From Azolla caroliniana (Eukaryota; Plantae; Polypodiophyta), in the NCBI GenBank assembly GCA_043228905.1, contig JBHGNT010000010.1:18042001-18106000 (forward strand): a DNA stretch of 64,000 bases. The letters run 5' to 3'. The translations under genes and the position numbers were made by a program. Below, piece by piece: positions 1 to 13,381 of the stretch. Positions within the stretch are counted from its first letter, which is position 1, and every line of letters begins with the position of its first letter. Under the pieces are notes generated by a model that searched no databases, was not told where the DNA came from, and saw only the letters and a list, made by a program, of their open reading frames with translations.

Positions 1-655
1 TGTGAACGGGCACGTGCGCGGATGCGCGTGAAAATAAATTGTGTACTTGAAAATAACATAGGACTAGGCTAGGTCGACACGATGTATAAAACTTTAATAG
101 GGCAAATTAAATAAGGGAATAAATCTAGGAGAATCTCTGTCTGGGACCACTGAGATTAATTACTTGATGTAACAAGCCCTCTCCCTCCTTGGTCTATAAA
201 AGGAGGTAGAGAGGGCTGAGTTAGGGATCGTGCGTTTAGGGAGAACGAAGTGTTGTCGGACTAGGAACTAAGCATTTATTCTCTGTATTCTCTGTTTTTT
301 TTTTGTTTAGGTTGGACGCCTCTGCTTGCGTAGGAAGCTTGTGTGCTCCCGGTAGAGGCTCCACGTTGTACTTCGGTGATTGGTGTGCGTGTGTTGCTCA
401 CTGAGATCGTAGCTCAGCTACTGGTTGAGCCGGTTGTAACTTCTCTGCCTCCTAATTGAAATGTTGGTATGAGTTTCTTGTTGATCATCTAGTGTGTTGC
501 CCCGATCCCGACTGAGCCAATTGCGCTCTGTGCATCTCAACACCTAACGCCCTATGCACCCTTCGTCTATCTTATTCTTCTTCTTCTTGAACTCTTCGGT
601 TCGAGGCCCCCGTGGTCCCGCCTAGCTTCCCACACGCACCCGTAGTTACGCAACA
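1..655 (+). mobile_element. Right part of an LTR (5'-truncated by the window edge) inserted in the 5' leader of a copia element
   Basis: TATAAAA at 195-201; ends ...GCAACA at 655; sequence after 656 resembles the copia leader at ~49430-49520. Confidence 0.55.
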
Positions 656-3600
656 ATGCAGATGACAAATCTGGCTATTGGCTACCGTAGTGTCGCTACA
701 TAGCATGTGTACATGACCAAAGGAAGAAAAGGAAAGAAGAGAAGACACTAATCAACATGAACACACAATGGGTAGCTCGCTCCCTAGTGAAAAGCTAGAC
801 CGGAGCAATTATTCATCTTGGGAGTACAAGATGAACCAATACCTAGTCGGCCAAGGGTATTGGGGCCACATCAACGACGTAGAAGAAAATCAAGCCGACC
901 CAAAAGAACGCTGACTACTCAACATGGGAGCAAGCGGCGAGTCGAGTCATGTATTTCTTGGCAACATGTGTCCATGAACACATGTTGAGCTACATTCTAG
1001 ACGCCAAGACGCCTAAAGGGGCGTGGGAGAACTTGAAGAAAATGTTTGACGCCAACACCGCCCGCAAACTTCAACTCCAGCAAGAGTTGAAGAACTCGGA
1101 CTACATTGCCAAGATCAAGAGCATTTGCGACTCGCTTGGCTCCATCAACATAAACATCGACGAAGTATGCTTGGACGGCCTCGCACAACGATTCAACTCG
1201 TTAAGGACGACAATCTTGGCGAGGGAAAATCCTCCTTCGTTCTTCGACCTTCAATTAATGCTATTGGTCGAAGAGAACCATGTCCAAACCAAGACGAAGA
1301 CGTTAGAAGGACAAATTTTCTTCTCGAATGCGGATGGTGGCCATGGATGAGGTTGAGGCGGTAGAAGAGGTCGATTCGACCCATCACATGAAGGGAACTC
1401 AAACCTTCGACAACAAGACGAAAGCCATCAAGGAAGCTTCGGAAGAAGGGGGAGCTTCCATGCCAAACAAGGTTGGCAAACGAGGCCCCTACTTGCAACT
1501 ATTGTGGCAAAATCAGCCATGGTGAAGAGGAGTGTCGGAAGAAGAGAAGTGAGTTGGCTTCGACAAGTCGAAAAATCACAAATTACGCCACCAACTTCGA
1601 ATACGACGACTATGGTGGGCTATTCGTAATGAGACATAGAGTGAACTCTATGACGGCCTCTGAATCCACAAGCACCTCTAACTCGGAAGACGTGTGGTTC
1701 GTCGACTCCGGCACCTCGCATCATATGACGTCACACCAAGAATGGTTTCATGACCTAAGAACGCCGGATCGACCCGGCTTCATAGAGACGGGAGACGACA
1801 CCACACATCCCATTTGGCACATCGGCAATGTCCCATTCGGGAAAGAAGGCGAACAAACTTGCATCAAGAATATCTTGCACGTGTCCACAATAACAAAGAA
1901 TTTGTTCTTGGTCGGCCAAATCGTGGAGCAAGGCACGCAAGTTCATTTCAATAACGAAGGGTGCTTCATCAACAAAGATGGCTGACTCATAGCTAAGGGA
2001 TGGAGAGATGGTCGAATGTTCATTCTCGATTCGAATGAGGTGAAATCGGCCATGTATACAAAAGGTCTCAAAGCCGACACCGACATTGAGTTGTGGCACA
2101 AGAGAATCGGCCACATAAACCTCAAACAACGTCGAGTTATGCAATCAAAGGGAGTCGTCATCGGACTTCCGCCCTTCGAGTTGAAACGAGTCGACCGAGT
2201 GTGCGAAGGGTGTCAACTCGGCAAACAACATCGAATCCATTTCCGAAGGAGAGCTACGTAAGCAAAGGCCTCCTTGACGTCATACATTTGGATGTATGGG
2301 GACTGGCTCAAACGCTAACGATCGGCGGATGCCGATACTATGTCACCTTCATCGACGACTACTCGCGCTACATGTGGATCTTCTCGATGAAGAAGAAGAG
2401 CGAAGTGAAGAGGAGAACATGGAATATTGCTCGGCCACAACCATTGCCGGGGAGCTTGCTTCAGTCCGTATAAGCTCTTCTTCAGCCGGCACACCAGGTC
2501 CTCCTTCCCTTTTTTCTCAAATCCTTTTGGTTGATGCATGTAGATCTCTTCTAGTTTATGCATGTAGATCTCTTCTTCGATATCTTTACTACCGGGGCAA
2601 AGATATAATCGAAGTCCACTCATTTCTTCAGCTGGAAGCCCTTCACCACGATCTGGGCTTTGTACCTTGGTGGATTTTCGGCGTCTCCCGGTTTCAGCTT
2701 GTACACCCACTTGTTCCGGAGTGCCCTCTTCCCTTTGGGCAACTCCGTCAATTCATACGTGTGGTTCTAATGCAGGGAATCCATCTCGTCTTACATGGCA
2801 CTCAACCACTTGCGGTTGTGGGTGTCTCTCTTTACTTCTTCGAAGCTTTCCGGGGGGTTCTTCTCTCCCGGAGAGGATATCTCCGTCCCTGGTTTCTGAC
2901 TATCGGTTCCTTCGTCTCTTCCTCATCCTCATCCGATTTGGGATCTTGTCCAGTTCCAGTGTCTTCTTCTTCTTCTTCTTCTTCTTCTTCTTCTTCTTCA
3001 GTCGGTTTGGTTTCCTGTCCGTATCCGGCCGGTTCGTCGAGTGTCATCCGGTTACCGGCTAACATCCGGTTTTCAACCGGGTAGGTCCTTGTGTCCTCAG
3101 GCCGGTTTTCATTGGATGATCCAGAGTTGATCATCTTCTTTTCCGGCTCCCAGTCGGCAATGGTCTTGTCTTCCATGAAGACTATGTCTCGAATCCCACA
3201 CCCAGTAACCGAACTCATGATCGTCATATCCGAGGAATATGCATGGTCGGGACTTCGGATCCAGCTTTGCTCTCTTGTCCTTCTCCGCATGCACGTATGT
3301 GAGACACCCGAACACCTTTAGATGCCGGTAAGATACATCTTTACCGGTTCATACTTTCTGAGGTGAGTCTCCTCCCAAGGGTACTGAGGGTGATCTGTTT
3401 ATCACATAGGTCGTCGTCGTCAACGCCTCACCCCAAAACGTCTTGGGTAACTTGGCATGTGTGAGCATGCTCCGGACTCTCTCCATTATGGTCCGGTTCA
3501 TCCTTTCGGCCAACTTGTTCAATTATGGCGTCTTCGGCATGGTAAATTCGAGCCGTATTCCCTTTGACCGACAATACTCCTCAAACTAACCTCGGTATTC

Positions 3601-4092
3601 TCCTCCGTTATTTGCTCGAACCGCCTTCAGCTTCTGGTCGGTTTCTCTTTCCACTCTCGCGTGGAGCTCCTTGAAGACGGATAACACCTAATCCTTCGTC
3701 TTCAAAGGTGAGACCCACAACTTCCGGCTGTGGTCGTCTATGAACGTCACGAAGTACTTCAATCCGGCATGTGACTTCGTCTCCACTTGACACACATCGG
3801 TTTGCACCAACTCTAGTGGTTTATTCCGTCTCATTGGCGGTCTTGACTAGAAGGATGTTCGGTTTTTCTTGTCGGCCAAGCAATCGGTGCACTTCTCAAG
3901 TTGCATGTCCTTCACCGGAATGAGGTTGTCTTCGGCAAGCCTCTTCATCCCCTTCTCACTCATGTCACACAGTCTTTTGTGCCACAGCTCACAGGAAGTG
4001 TCAGATGCTACGTTTACTTCTTCCTGGCATATCCGGGCATGCATAAGGTACAATGTGTTGACCTTCCGGGCTCGAGCCACAATCAAGCTTCC

Positions 4093-4520
4093 TGAAAAGA
4101 AAGGGGTGCGGAAGCAATATAGGAAACCAAACAACAGAAAACACAGGTTTAATGGAAAGCTTAGGTTTGCATAGTACGCATGGGAGAGAGAGAGAGTAAA
4201 CACAAGAACTTAATTCAAAAATAATACTCGATCTGTACATTGTGTGTGTTCAATGAACACTTTTATACAAGTCCTTTTCGGACTGATAGAAGTACTGACA
4301 GTACTTCAATGCTCATTAAGGAGCCCCTACACTAACTCCCAAATATATTCCTTGCGGAATATCTTTTCGATGGCCTCTCGGTTTCTTCACCGATCCGGCC
4401 TTCCTACGCACCAGTCTGCGTACTGGTTTCCAACCGATCCGGCCTAACCGGTCGGTCCCAACCGATCCGGTCCTCGGCTTGCATAGCCGATCCGGCCGAT
4501 GTTGAGCTTGTCTCTCAACA
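4093..4520 (-). mobile_element. Solo LTR (428 bp)
   Basis: TG...CA, TSD CTTCC (4088-4092 / 4521-4525); host pol sequence rejoins cleanly; reverse complement resembles 52023-52497. Confidence 0.88.
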
Positions 4521-5629
4521 CTTCCCTTGCTGAACTTCATGACTCTGTTCCAGATGCTACCCGTTTAGCCTTCATCATCTAGCCGACCGACTGATATCGG
4601 GTTCAGTCGAACCTCCGGAACGTGTCAAACATCCTTCAGAAGCAACTTGCATCTGGTTGATGTCGTCAACAACACATATCCTATGTTGACAATTCGGCAT
4701 GTGCCTTCATTACCCATCCGGACACAACCATGATCACCGACTATGTAGGATGAGAAGCATCTCCAGTCCGGTGTCAGGTCGAACGACGCTCCGGAATCGA
4801 CAACCCATGTTGTCTCGTCACCGACAAGGTTTAACTCATTCTCTTTGGTAATGAGCATTAGTTCTTCTTCACTTGTCGCGATCGCTGACGTTCCCTTCCG
4901 ATCCGGGCCTCTCCAGTCCGAACGGTTTGGGTCCGAATTCTTCTTCGAATCGATGGTGCTAGTTTCTTTCTCTTTCCGAAAATGCCGACAGTTCTTCTAG
5001 AAGTGCCCCGGCTTCCCACAATAGACGCAAGTGGGCCTCCCCCTTGACTTCGACCTCGTCCCCGACTTGTCCTGGTTTTGGGGACTCTGATACCGGCCTC
5101 TTCCCCGGTTGTGGTCATCTTCTGTGACCAAGGCCTTCGGATCGGTTCCGGACTCCCGGTTCTTCTGGAGAGCTACTTCATCTAGCAGGCTTGATTTTAC
5201 CCTTGCTAGGGACAACTGCTTTCTTTCCGGTCTGATGTTGCCCAAAGTGACAACTAGCGTCTCCCAACTATTCGGGAGGGAACCGAGCAAGAGTAATGCA
5301 AGTACCTCATCGGCAAGAGGTACTACTTCCAACGAGGTTGCCTGGTGGATCAGTCCCTGGAAGACATTCATGTGTTCCGCCATACTGGAGTCGTCCTCGT
5401 ACCAGAGCCTCACCAGCTTCCGGAATACCGAAACCCAATTAACAACATTCTTGTTCTGGAACATGATGCCGATCTTCTCCTAGAGTTCATGATCCTTGCT
5501 CTCTTCATTGAAGTTGTTGTACAGGATCATGTCGATGAAGCACCGAATGTAGGCCGCTGTCTTCATGTGCATCACCTCCCACACTGTGGCATCGATCTTA
5601 TCCGGTCTCTTGTCCCCGAACTTAACCAG

Positions 5630-5847
5630 TGTCGCAAAGATGCACGTGTGTGCGTGCTTTGCTTGAGTGGAACCACCGAGGTCTCTGACCGAGGAGGATG
5701 TTCGCGAAATTGTCAAAAAGATGAATATGTGTATGTAGGCGTCGAGGAAACTAATGTCACACTTGAGAAGATCGAAGATTTTTACTTGAGAAGAAGATAG
5801 ATGTCAAGAAGAAGAATATGAAGAGTATTATATTATTATTATTATTA

Positions 5848-5882
<35 letters not shown>

Positions 5883-6258
5883 CTCCAAATTGCCCCCCCT
5901 TACACAAGCCCAACTAGAGGCTTTTATAGGTCTCTGCATGCTTGTGACATGCACAAAACCATGGACATAAATCCATGGTTTTGTGCACACGGTTTTGTAC
6001 GTTTGTTTCCTATGGAATACTGAATATGACGAGGAAATATACAAAATCTAAAGCACTTAGTAGTAGCTTTAGTGGTAAGATAATTGCCTCCTATCTTGGA
6101 GGTGCAAGGTTCAAATCTTACTTGCACCCCTCTATACGCACTCATTGCCATTAGACCCTAGGATTATTTGTTATTGATTTATTTTCATTTTTACAAGTAT
6201 TTGTGTAATGTGCGTGGAACCACACTTTTTCTCCCATTGGACGTGAAACATCACGACA
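5630..6258 (-). mobile_element. Solo-LTR-like element with TGTCG...CGACA ends, 4-bp TSD and internal tRNA-like cassette
   Basis: Flanks CCAG / TCGG (both derivable from CCGG); minus-strand TATAAAA at ~5922-5928; homologous to 27981-28631. Confidence 0.85.
6058..6128 (+). promoter_or_regulatory. tRNA-like Pol III internal promoter (A box + B box) inside LTR-like element
   Basis: A-box-like TAGCTTTAGTGG 6064-6075; stem-loop CCTCC-TATCTT-GGAGG 6087-6102; B box GGTTCAAATC 6108-6117; T-rich tract downstream; not a canonical tRNA. Confidence 0.65.
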
Positions 6259-6544
6259 TCGGCAACCAAAGATCTTTAACCACTAGCATGTCCCTCATCT
6301 TCGACTTCCACACTGAGTAGTTGGAACCGGTGAGCTTGAACATGCCGCTGAACGATTCTTCCATTTCCTGTGTTGTTTGCTCTGATACTAGATTGAAGAG
6401 GAGAATGCGAAATATTGCTCGGCCACAACTGAGTGTTGAATCGCTTCACTGAGAATGAAACACGGAAATGGGAAGTGGAGAGTACACAAAGGAAATACAC
6501 AGGATGTTTACGTGGAAAACCCTAAATGGGAAAAACCACGTGAG

Positions 6545-7250
6545 TGTTAGGAAACAGGTCCCTCCGGATGGGAAGTGAGAAGAACAGTGTCGATGGGCAA
6601 ACTCGGTCGAGGCTGAAACCGGATGACGATGTACTCGGCTACGGAAGACCCGGTGAGAACCGGATGACGAGTACCTGGCTACGGAAGACCCGGTGAGAAC
6701 CGGATGACGAGTACCCGGCAAGGAAGGCTCGGTGAGAACCAGATGACGAGTGCCCGGCAAGAGCCGGATGATGCAGGCTCGGTGAGGAGTGCTCACCGGA
6801 TGAAGGGACATATTCGTAAATATGTTTCTGAGAGTCCATCGGGGCTATATTTGTAAATAGCCGAAAATTCATATTAGTATAAATATGACTTAGGGCAAAC
6901 TTAGTAAGTGTTGCAGTTGTCATTCTTGTTGGTGCAAGATTAGAGCGCGTAACAGTGTATAGAGAGAGAGAGAGAGGAAGAGGTTGTTGCCTCTGTTGTA
7001 ACAGCCGCCTGTGGCGAAGATAGCAAGCTCGAGGGCGTTGCCTCGGTGCTCTACTATTGTACATTCTGATATAGTGATAGTTTGCAGTTCGTGGACTGCC
7101 GTGGTTTTTTCCCTAGTTTGGGTTTTTCCACGTTAACATCCTGTGTACTCTTCTCTTCACTGTGTCTTACGTTCATTATCCATTTTCTGTGTTTGATTTT
7201 AGACTCAGTTGTGGTCGAGGGTTGTGCTTCCGGAGCGTGCATTCCTGCCA
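6545..7250 (+). mobile_element. Solo LTR (706 bp, Tork-like family) inserted in inverted orientation into the 5' LTR of 2406-7637
   Basis: TG...CA, TSD GTGAG (6540-6544 / 7251-7255); ~40-bp tandem repeats; reverse complement similar to 29581-30277. Confidence 0.9.
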
Positions 7251-8147
7251 GTGAGCCCACGAACTCCAAGTATCACTATAGGAGTAAGGTACAATCAGAG
7301 CCTCAGAGGCAACGACCTTGAGCTCTATATCTTCGCCAACCGGCGGTTACAACAGAGTATCGCTCTATATCTCACACATTCTCTCTCTATCGCTCTCTCT
7401 GTACAACAATATGACAACAACACTACAAAGTGATTGCCCTAAGTCATATTTATACTTATATGAACTTAGGGCTATTTACAGATATAGCCTCAATAAGCTT
7501 ACTCAAAACATATTTACAGATATGTCTTCTCTTTCGGTTCTCACCGGGTCTCCTCCGGTTTCCGCATCTCTTCCGGTTCTCACTGGGTCCTCTTTATTCA
7601 TCACGGGATCCCATCCGGAGGGACCGATTTCCCAACACGAAGTGCTCGCCCACTACCAAAAACTCAAGGGCCAAGTCAAAAAAGAAACTGGACAACACAT
7701 TGGATGCCTACGATCGGGTGGAGGCAAGGAGTACTTCTCTGACGAATTCGCTTCCAACACGTTCGTGTTTAGAAGTGGAAGGATCGCGCAAAAATGGAAA
7801 GATAAGGAATATTCCTTCTAAGTTTGGGGTTTAGGTACTCTATTCACAAAACATAATGATATCAGTATCACGTGTTCTCAAAATACCATTGGAAAACCTC
7901 AAAAATTCATCATTTCCTAAACTTGAAAAAATGCTAAAATTATGCTATAATCCAAATGGTACAATGTTCACTACCACTAAGAAGTCAAGAAGTAATGTAT
8001 TTTATAACAAACAATGTTTGTACAAAGCAATAATATTTCTAAACATAACTTTTACATCTTTCGAGTATTACAAACGACACTCTCTTACAATAGATACCAA
8101 AATTACATTGACGAGTGTAAAATTTACTGGAACAAAAATCACTCGTA

Positions 8148-8760
8148 TCATGATCCAGAGTTGCTACTATAACTAATATACAATGCGGACTGTTCCTCGT
8201 CATCTTCAGATGTACCTATTAAGGCATTGTCTTCATCTAAAACTAGTTGTTGACATTCCATGTTATGTGATGACGATCTTGTTTGCCTTCGACTTGAGAC
8301 CCCTTGTAGAATAGGTAATTTCTCCTTGATGATATCTATTGTAGACTTCTTGAGACGTCTAGCTTTTGTTAGTTTGAAGTCGTAAACAATAATATCTACG
8401 TCACCAATGTCTAGGCATGAAGTGCTACAAATATTTCTTTTCCTCTTTCTATTCCCCCTTGACCGTGGACATTCCATCATCTCTAATGCATACTTGCCGG
8501 TAAAGGCATTTTTGCTTCTAGTGTTGTACCAATGCACCTTTATAGACTAGATTTGGCTTTGGTTCTCGTGCATCACCACATCTAAAACCTTACCAATCCA
8601 AAATTGATGTCCCAGCTCATTATCATCAGCAGGTGTAGCAATTAACATACCCACCTTCAATTCTTGCTAGTTTCCTTGCCACCTCATTTCCGCTATTTTC
8701 ATTAGCCTGGGTCCAACATATATGTCCCTTTGTGGTGGATGGAGCAAGCTATCATTAATC
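8148..8760 (-). pseudogene. C-terminal fragment of a probable DNA-transposon protein
   Basis: Interrupted reading ...LKVGMLIA...FWIGKVLDV...VHWYNT...FKLTKARRL, resembling transposase tails; no catalytic core seen. Confidence 0.4.
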
Positions 8761-11700
8761 GCATTAGGCGCAAGAGGAGAAGTCTAAGAATTATGACATT
8801 ATTTTATATTCCATGTGAAGGGGATTTGTACGGTGTCGCCTTGTTACGCGCGTGCGTGTAGAACGAGGCGGGACCGTTACAACCTGTTACATCATCTTTA
8901 TTCTCTGTCCTTTCGGACAGCGATACGCCTCGATTTTCTACCTAACAAACGCGTGCTACCTAGGATATTCACATCAGCCAACTTGTACCTAAATATATAC
9001 ATTACAACAAAACTTGCGCCCACATATAAGGGCCGCTTCGGGCACATTATTCTTTGATTCCGCCAAGGGACGGTTTTCTCCACGACAACGGTCCAAGTAC
9101 CAAGGACACAATTGTCAACAATTTGTTCTTGATTTGTAAAGAACACATCCCACCATGACGTGTCTTGTTCCCCAACATACTTCTTCGCATTGTCAATGTG
9201 CTTGTGTTTGTCTTGTAGCGCTTACATCCAAACATCCTTTTGATTATCAACTAGTACATTGGTGACCACTTTTTTAGTCTCAATCGGCATTTGTCCTACA
9301 CCATAAACAAAAGTAGAAGGCATATGAAGTAGAAACTGACACCCGCCTTCAGGCTCCCATTGGGGGGAGGATGAATACTGCTTTGCATATAATAATGTAC
9401 AACCACTATGATCATTTTTATTTATTAAGCATACGTGGTTGAAACTTATATTATTTAATGGCGCTAGGATCGAAGCATGCTACGGTGTACCAACTTTTGG
9501 CCAAAAATTAAGTACTAAATCGAGGAAGAAAATAAACATAAAAAATTGAAAATAAAACAATTAGTGCAAAAAATAGTGGATTATCATCCATTGAATGAGG
9601 TTCAAATTCAATACGAATGTACAAAGATATTATACGTCACTATAGAAGTGCCCCAAGGCTGTATTTAATACATTAACTATAACTTCATTCTCCTAGGTAG
9701 AGTTGTACGAAAGCAGACCTGGAGAAGGTTTCGAATGTGTTAGTTGGTCAATCTCCGTCTCAGTCTCTCTCTCTGGTATGGGTAGTCGAACGTGTCAATT
9801 GGTCAGTCTCTCTTACTCTCTCTCTCTCTCTCTCTCAAAGTTGTCATTCAGAGTGGCAGAAAGTTAGAAATCAAACACATATTTATTACCTATCTCTCTC
9901 TTTCTCTCTTACTCTCTCTCACTCCACCTTCGATTCTCTGTTTCCCCGTGTAATTCTTGTTGTGTTCCCTCTGTGCATGATTTTTGTTGTTGTTTCCCTA
10001 CGATCTTTGAACTCTGTATATGCAGAGATTGTTGTTTCCCCTCTACTAACGTTGTTCTTGTTGTTGATGTGCTTTCTTTGTGTATGCTCGTTTGTCTCCT
10101 CTGCAGTAGCCTCATCAACAACCTCTTGCATATAGGTGATTTTCTCGGCTTGGTGTGCTCCCAAGGTGAAGAAATCAACACGATGTGGTACCTCTGCCTT
10201 GACCTTGGCTCCATCTGCCTTCGACCCATCGTTCCATCTACAACTTGTACGACCTCCAGGTAATTCTCTGTGCTGCATTTTTAGGGTTTGATTATTCATA
10301 TTCTATGTGTTGCATGCCCAACTGGTATGTTTTCGTTTTCTTTTTGTTTCCTGTCCGTCTGTTTTTATTTTGTGTGTGTTTGACATGGATGAGTTTTTTT
10401 CTGACTGTTTAGGGTTTGATCATTCATATTCTATGTGCTGCATGGCCAACTGGTATGTTTTCATTTTCTTTGTGTTTCCTGTCCATCTGTTTTATTTTGT
10501 GTGTTTGACATGGATGAGTTTTTTTCCGACTGTTTAGGGTTTTTGTGTGTTTGACATGGCTTGTACATGCAACTTAGATTGAGTTGGCTATGATGATTTG
10601 TTGGTTGTTGATGGTATTTTGATGAGTTTTCTTCTTGTACATGCATATTCTTTCAACAAGAATAGTGAAGACTAGGACAATGACGAGAAGGACACCCATA
10701 AAGAAGACATTGGTGAAAGAGAAAATGAAGACACCAGTGAAGGAAAGAAAAAGGACACCTATCAAAGAAAGCAAGACACCCACAAGAGAAAGGGTGATGA
10801 ACTCATAAACTCAGAGAAAGAAGATGTGTCACTCCATCATTCGAGACACACCTCTCGGATGGCGTTATTTCCTTCGAGCACGACTTGAAGTTTATAAAGA
10901 GCTGAGAGAGTGGTTGATAAAAACCTGGGGGTTACCACATCCCAATACAAGGCGAGGATTCCACATAAGTGGATTGAAGAAGGAATATGTGAACTTATTG
11001 AAGATGAGATATGAACATCTTTGTGATACTAATCAAATCTGTAACAATGAGGTGGGTACTGTTTTTGCACGTGCATTTGCATGTGGAGTTCGGGGTGGCA
11101 TCGACGTAGATTGGGAAGATTTTAATCATCACCGATCAGAACATTATAAAGGGTCCTCCAGTACCAACACTGGCTTGAAGTCATCGGGAACCTCTCATGT
11201 GGATATTCCGGCTACAACACCTGTCCACCAAGTTCAATATGCAAAGAGACAAGCCACAATGACTGAAAAGCATGAACAGATGATGGCCGGTTGCATAGCT
11301 TCTATGAGCTCAAGAATACAAGCACTACTTGCTGATTTGAAGTAGTTAAATTAGCTGAGATATAGGTAGAAAAGCAATTCTCTTTAATAAAGACTACATA
11401 TGAATGGATTGCATCGACAATCCAAAATTCAGAAAGTAAATTGTTGAAAGAGGAGTTGAAGAAAGAGCTAAAAAATATGGGCACTCAATTAGGATCACAG
11501 ATGAGAGACCTTGATACTTGCAGAATTGCACATTGGGAACTAGATAATAAGTTGTCAACTTTAAAGTTGCATTACGAGAACCTTGCGTGCTTGATGCAAG
11601 ATTTAAAACGAAAAGGTTTTGAAACTTTGTGTCCATCTATAATTGAGCACCCAAGTGGTATGGAAAGTACCATTACTAATATAGCTATATCACGGTATTG

Positions 11701-12705
11701 GCTTTAAAAGTTATTTATTTCTACTTCTGTGGTATAAATATCATATTAGCTAATATATTATAACTTGTGTTTGCAATCTGCCAGGTGTATATTTTGTGGC
11801 CTCGGATTCAAGCTTGAGGCTATGGATGTTGTGATTACACCGTGCTTGCACACATATCATGTGCTATGTGCTAAGTATCATTTTGAGAAAGAAAATACAT
11901 GTATGGACTGTAAAACTACAGTTGTTGCTGAGTGGTACTATGCTTGGGGTTTAAAAGTACACCCGTACGGTATGTGGCTCTACTATTTTATTGTTTGTAT
12001 TATATGATGTCAATTTACATTTGGATTAGAACTAGTGTACACCACAATTCATACTTCAAATTTAGGAAAACAATGGATTAGTACTAGTGTACGCCACAAT
12101 TCATACTTCAAATTTAGGAAAACAATGGATTAGTACTAGTGTAGCTCCAACAACTAATATGTGGAACCCTATTTATGTGGGTTAGTATTGGCAGTACTCT
12201 CAATATATAATTGGTATGAGTAGTTGAACGAATATTTTCTAGAATTAGTACTATTTGAGTAATTTGGGAACCATGTGTGACATTGTTCGGGATTGGTACT
12301 AGTTATGTAATTTGAGCACAAGGTATGTAGTACACTATGAACGATTAGTACTAAACGTGTAATTTGGGAATTAGGAGTGTAGAACACATATCATGATTAG
12401 TACTACTTGTATGCAAAATACCACTTTAGTGCTAAAGAAGGAAGTTGTTTAGATGTATTTGTTGGATCAGTTGTTCGTCCAATCTATATTACAACTTACC
12501 TAGTACTAGTTTAGTACACACTATACTTGTAGTACATTATTGACTATTAGTACTATTTGTGTAATTTGGGAATTAGTTGTGTAGTACATTGTTCACGATT
12601 AGTACTAGTTATGTAATTTGGGAACAAGGTGTATAGTAAATTGTTGTAGATTAGTACAGTTTGTGTAATTTGGAAATGAGGTGTGTCAAACACATATCAC
12701 GTTTA

Positions 12706-13371
12706 TGTTAGGAAATGGACGGTTTCAAAACCTTCACCTCTCGGCCACAACCGAGAAAACACGAATCAATGCAGAAGTAAATCAAAAACACAGAGAGAGA
12801 CTCGAATGCACAGGGTTTAGCGTGGAAAACCCTAGACGGAAAAACCACGGGAGTGCAAGACTCCAACTATCACTATACGCAGGGAATGTACAATGGCGAG
12901 CTGCAAGGCGACGACCTTGAGCTCGCTGTCCTCGCCACAGGCGGCGGTATTACACAGAGGCGTCGACCTCTTCCTTTCTCTCTCTCTCTCTCTCGGCTGC
13001 TCTCACTTCGCTCCCTCTAAGTGGAAAACAGAAAAATGAGCAACAACAAAACTGTTTGCCCTAAGTCATATTTATACACATATGACTTTCGGGCTATTTA
13101 CAAGTATAGCCTCGAGGGCCCTTGGCAAACATATTCACAAATATGTCCCCGCATCCGGATCTCTCTCCGGGTACATTCGTCATCCGGCTCCATAGCCGGG
13201 GTCTTCATCATCCGGATCCGAAACCGGGTCTTCGTCATCCGGCTCCGTAGCCGGGGTCTTCATCATCCGGATCCGAAACCGGGTCTTCATCGTTCGCTTC
13301 CGATACCGGGTACTCCTCATTCGATTCCCGGACATCTGACCATCCCATCCGGAGGGACCGTAATCCCAACA
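12706..13371 (-). repeat. 3' LTR (666 bp) of the intact copia
   Basis: Near-identical to 17487-18124 with one extra 28-bp repeat unit. Confidence 0.97.
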
Positions 13372-13381
13372 AACTCCCCCT

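Larger units (their letters stand above)
2406..7637 (-). mobile_element. Decayed Tork/Tnt1-like Ty1/copia element with internal deletion and three nested solo LTRs
   Basis: TG at 2406, CA at 7637, 5-bp TSD CGAAG (2401-2405 / 7638-7642); PBS-Met-like GCTCTGATACTA 6379-6390; 5' LTR 6394-7637; 3' LTR reduced to ~36 bp; gag/PR/IN/RT fragments homologous to 13382-17455. Confidence 0.92.
757..7757 (+). pseudogene. Decayed Ty1/copia gag-pol (gag, zinc knuckle, protease, GAG-pre, integrase start); split by the 2406-7637 insertion and truncated at ~7757
   Basis: ORF fragments 949-2405 with [32 protein letters not shown]; integrase resumes at 7638 (EVLAHYQKLK...CLRSGGGKEY); many stops and frameshifts; same family as 30711-35688 and 37804-56390. 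Confidence 0.9.

Noticed and set aside
2296-3084. 262-aa plus-strand ORF and the many antisense ORFs over 13487-17402
   Set aside because: Shadow ORFs on the opposite strand of GC-rich copia pol with no independent motifs.
6058-6128. Functional tRNA genes at 6058, 24135, 28435 and 61205
   Set aside because: No 7-bp acceptor stem or canonical 7-nt anticodon loop; treated as tRNA-derived promoter cassettes.
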